Shown in pieces: positions 61,860-64,000 of a DNA stretch of 64,000 nucleotides (within the stretch, counting starts at the first letter, position 1; each line of letters begins with the position of its first letter). The notes under the pieces are model-generated. The model was given only the letters and a program-made list of their open reading frames with translations, was not told where the DNA came from and did not search any database. Origin of the DNA: Neoechinorhynchus agilis (Eukaryota > Animalia > Acanthocephala); NCBI GenBank assembly GCA_051530055.1, contig CM121342.1:4587489-4651488 (forward strand). Direction: 5' to 3'. The position numbers were made by a program, and so were the translations under genes.

Positions 61860-62085
61860 GCAGAGGTGGTCCAGTGGACTCGTGCCCCGAATCCCTGTTT
61901 CAGGGTCAAGGGGTTCGAATCCACGATCGCCAATGGCCCAAAGCGGGTGAAATATCTCGTTGAAGGGAGGAAACTCACTAATGAGTCCCGCCTCCCCGGG
62001 AGATATCTGAGGATCCGGAGAGATGTACGAACTCCTAACGTTTCATCCGAGTTAAAGAGGTAACATCACTTCTCTGATGTAAAAC
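61860..62085 (+). mobile_element. tRNA-derived SINE-like element
   Basis: Pol III A box gtggtccagtgg (61866-61877) and B box ggttcgaatcc (61912-61922). No acceptor stem, so not a tRNA. GC-rich body and A-rich end. Confidence 0.55.
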
Positions 62086-62949
62086 ATAAAATTTCTTAGA
62101 CCGCAGAAAGTGCTAATTCACATCAATAAAGAAAATAGAATTTAAGAACAAAGTTTTGTTGGCATAAAAAGAATATTTTTATTTTCTAGCTTTCCTTTAG
62201 TCGTTAGACGTTGATCAATCATTTTCGTATTCACGCATGAGAAGGTTCCCTCGACAATCAATTTATCCTGTTTGATGGGATCCATCGTTTCTCGGAGATT
62301 TCCCGTTATTTCCAGTTTCTGCGTGCTGCTTCTTATTTCGAAACTTAATCGTTCGAGAGCAACCTTTACGGCTGGAAAATTAAATATAATTTCACAAGAA
62401 TGTTCTATACATTTAAAGTTTGATTTTTTGTGAAGTGTTTACAATAATTTTGGGAATAGTCGCCTTTTTTGCTTTAAAAGCCCTAACGTTTATTCAGTTG
62501 TGAGTTATTTGGTTGACTTTTTACACTCTGACGCTTACAGATTAATTTTAGCGAGAGTTTGCATTATCGTTTTACAAAAAAAGAGACAAAGTCCTTGTAT
62601 TTTGTATGGTTTGAGGATAATATTGCGGTTCTGAAAATTAGATGGCAGTGATTTCGAACGAGGAGTTTGGACCATTACATCATAACTCCGATTTATTGAA
62701 TCCGACTGATTTCGGAAGCATGCACGATTGTGTCTTTAATTAACGTTGTTTTCGAAAAAATACAAAAAGCTTTACCACCACTTCTTTTTAATATTTTCTT
62801 AAATATTTGTTTACAATAATACAGGAATCGCTCTCAGAAACAATCTACAGAATGCACAGTGAACAGTGTGATTGAATCTAAATAGGACATTAAAAAGAAC
62901 GTCCCCTAGTCTATTGATTGTAAGTTTTTCAAATAAATAAAAAACACAA

Positions 62950-63760
62950 CTGCAATCTAATAATAAAGCACAAAACGTGAAATCATTACCGTCCGCAAAA
63001 TTAGCGCTTCTCTCCTTTCTCGGCTGTCGCTGGCAGCATTGCCACGTTGTACTGCGAGCGAGATATTTTGTCGCAGGAATACACCTGCTCGTGCGTCGTC
63101 GGTCGTTTCTCTCAATTTCTTCGAGAGATCCTGGAGCAGAGTGGCGAGCTGCCGAGCGATCCATACGTCTCTACTCCGAAGGGGACAAAATAGTGGGTCC
63201 TTGCTAATTCTCTATAATTTCGTACCTTCCTCCCTTCCGCTGAGAGAGTAGGGAATGTTGCTTACTGCGAGGGTCGTCCCAGAGAAGGCATTTGCCCTCC
63301 TGCCACGGAAAGACCGAAATTCCGTTGGGTAGACGACCGTCTAGTCGACAAAGATGGACGGGTTCCAAAATGTTGGCAAAGTCCGCCGTTCTCAACGCCC
63401 GAGAAATTACGCTGTTGATTTCAGAATGGCGTGAGAACCTTCCTGCTGACTTTCGACAAACGAGACTGTGTCGCTTGAAAGCACCAACCAAAGACCCACA
63501 TCGACAGTGACGGGACATGCATATCGGGAAACCAAGTCTTAAGGACACTGCGATCTTCGTTACCTCATCAGTGAGAAGAGTTCCTAAAGATGCCAGAGGA
63601 ACAGCCTCCAACCACGCCCCCGATCCTCATGTCGAAACTGCCAACAATCTAGTTCGGACGACCCCATCGAGGGATTTCGAGAACCTTGATAACGGCATAC
63701 CTTACGAAACTGATCGGATTCAATAAATTACTTCCATAATTATTATACTTTTGGTGAAAA
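62950..63760 (-). mobile_element. 5'-truncated CRE-like retrotransposon, third subfamily (CCHC plus RLE C-terminus)
   Basis: LRLGFPICMSRHCRCG...[19 protein letters not shown]...DGRLPNG...[10 protein letters not shown], then frameshifted FVPFGVETYG and FLRQNISLAVQRGNAAS. Confidence 0.85.
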
Positions 63761-64000
63761 TAATCCCTTGGTAATAGCATTTTTGATTTATTTGAGATGT
63801 TTCGCGAGGAGGTAACCTCGTCTCCTCCTCCGTCATCCAAAAATTAATTTTTCCCATTCAGGTTTTATGCTTCAGTGCGCGGGATCGCCAAACCCGAAGT
63901 TCGAAGACGATATATCCGCTCGAACCCACTGATTTTAGTATTGATTGTTGACACGTCGTTGGCTGGAAGTTTCGAGCTAAAATTAGCTTTATTTCCTTCC

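Noticed and set aside
61860-61935. Functional tRNA gene
   Set aside because: A and B boxes are present but the acceptor and anticodon stems do not pair. Kept as a SINE head.

Overview
Gene-dense eukaryotic DNA, AT-rich with no obvious CpG depletion by eye, probably from a fast-evolving animal or other opisthokont (inference from gene content). Ordinary GT-AG introns are about 30-55 nt. Recognisable genes: SLX1, a SWR1/SRCAP/Domino ATPase, a divergent R-SNARE, a PP1 glycogen-targeting subunit (CBM21), MCM8, a compact CtIP-like gene, an SLMAP-like FHA gene, an RluA-type pseudouridine synthase, IMP3, CTU1, a GID8-like CTLH gene and a WIPI3/4-type PROPPIN. Roughly a quarter of the window is tandem arrays (about ten unrelated units of 36-279 bp), several inside introns of housekeeping genes. 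Mobile DNA: three CRE-like RLE non-LTR retrotransposon copies, a 672-bp TRIM-like LTR element nested in one of them, a LINE RT relic, a tRNA-derived SINE, several MITE-like palindromes, and palindromes with Penelope-type hammerhead-like cores. Best leads: (1) an operon/trans-splicing-like signature, with TTTAG just before many ATGs and 43-192 nt same-strand spacers; (2) a satellite made from a retrotransposon endonuclease segment, inserted into a hairpin element; (3) a 236-bp palindromic satellite at four loci, one with flipped arms; (4) a CD24/CD52-like Thr-rich surface peptide family with variable repeat number; (5) a possible Domino-A/B alternative C-terminus. Caveat: garbled patches and indels inside repeats suggest long-read consensus errors. 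All homology calls come from motif recognition; no searches were run.
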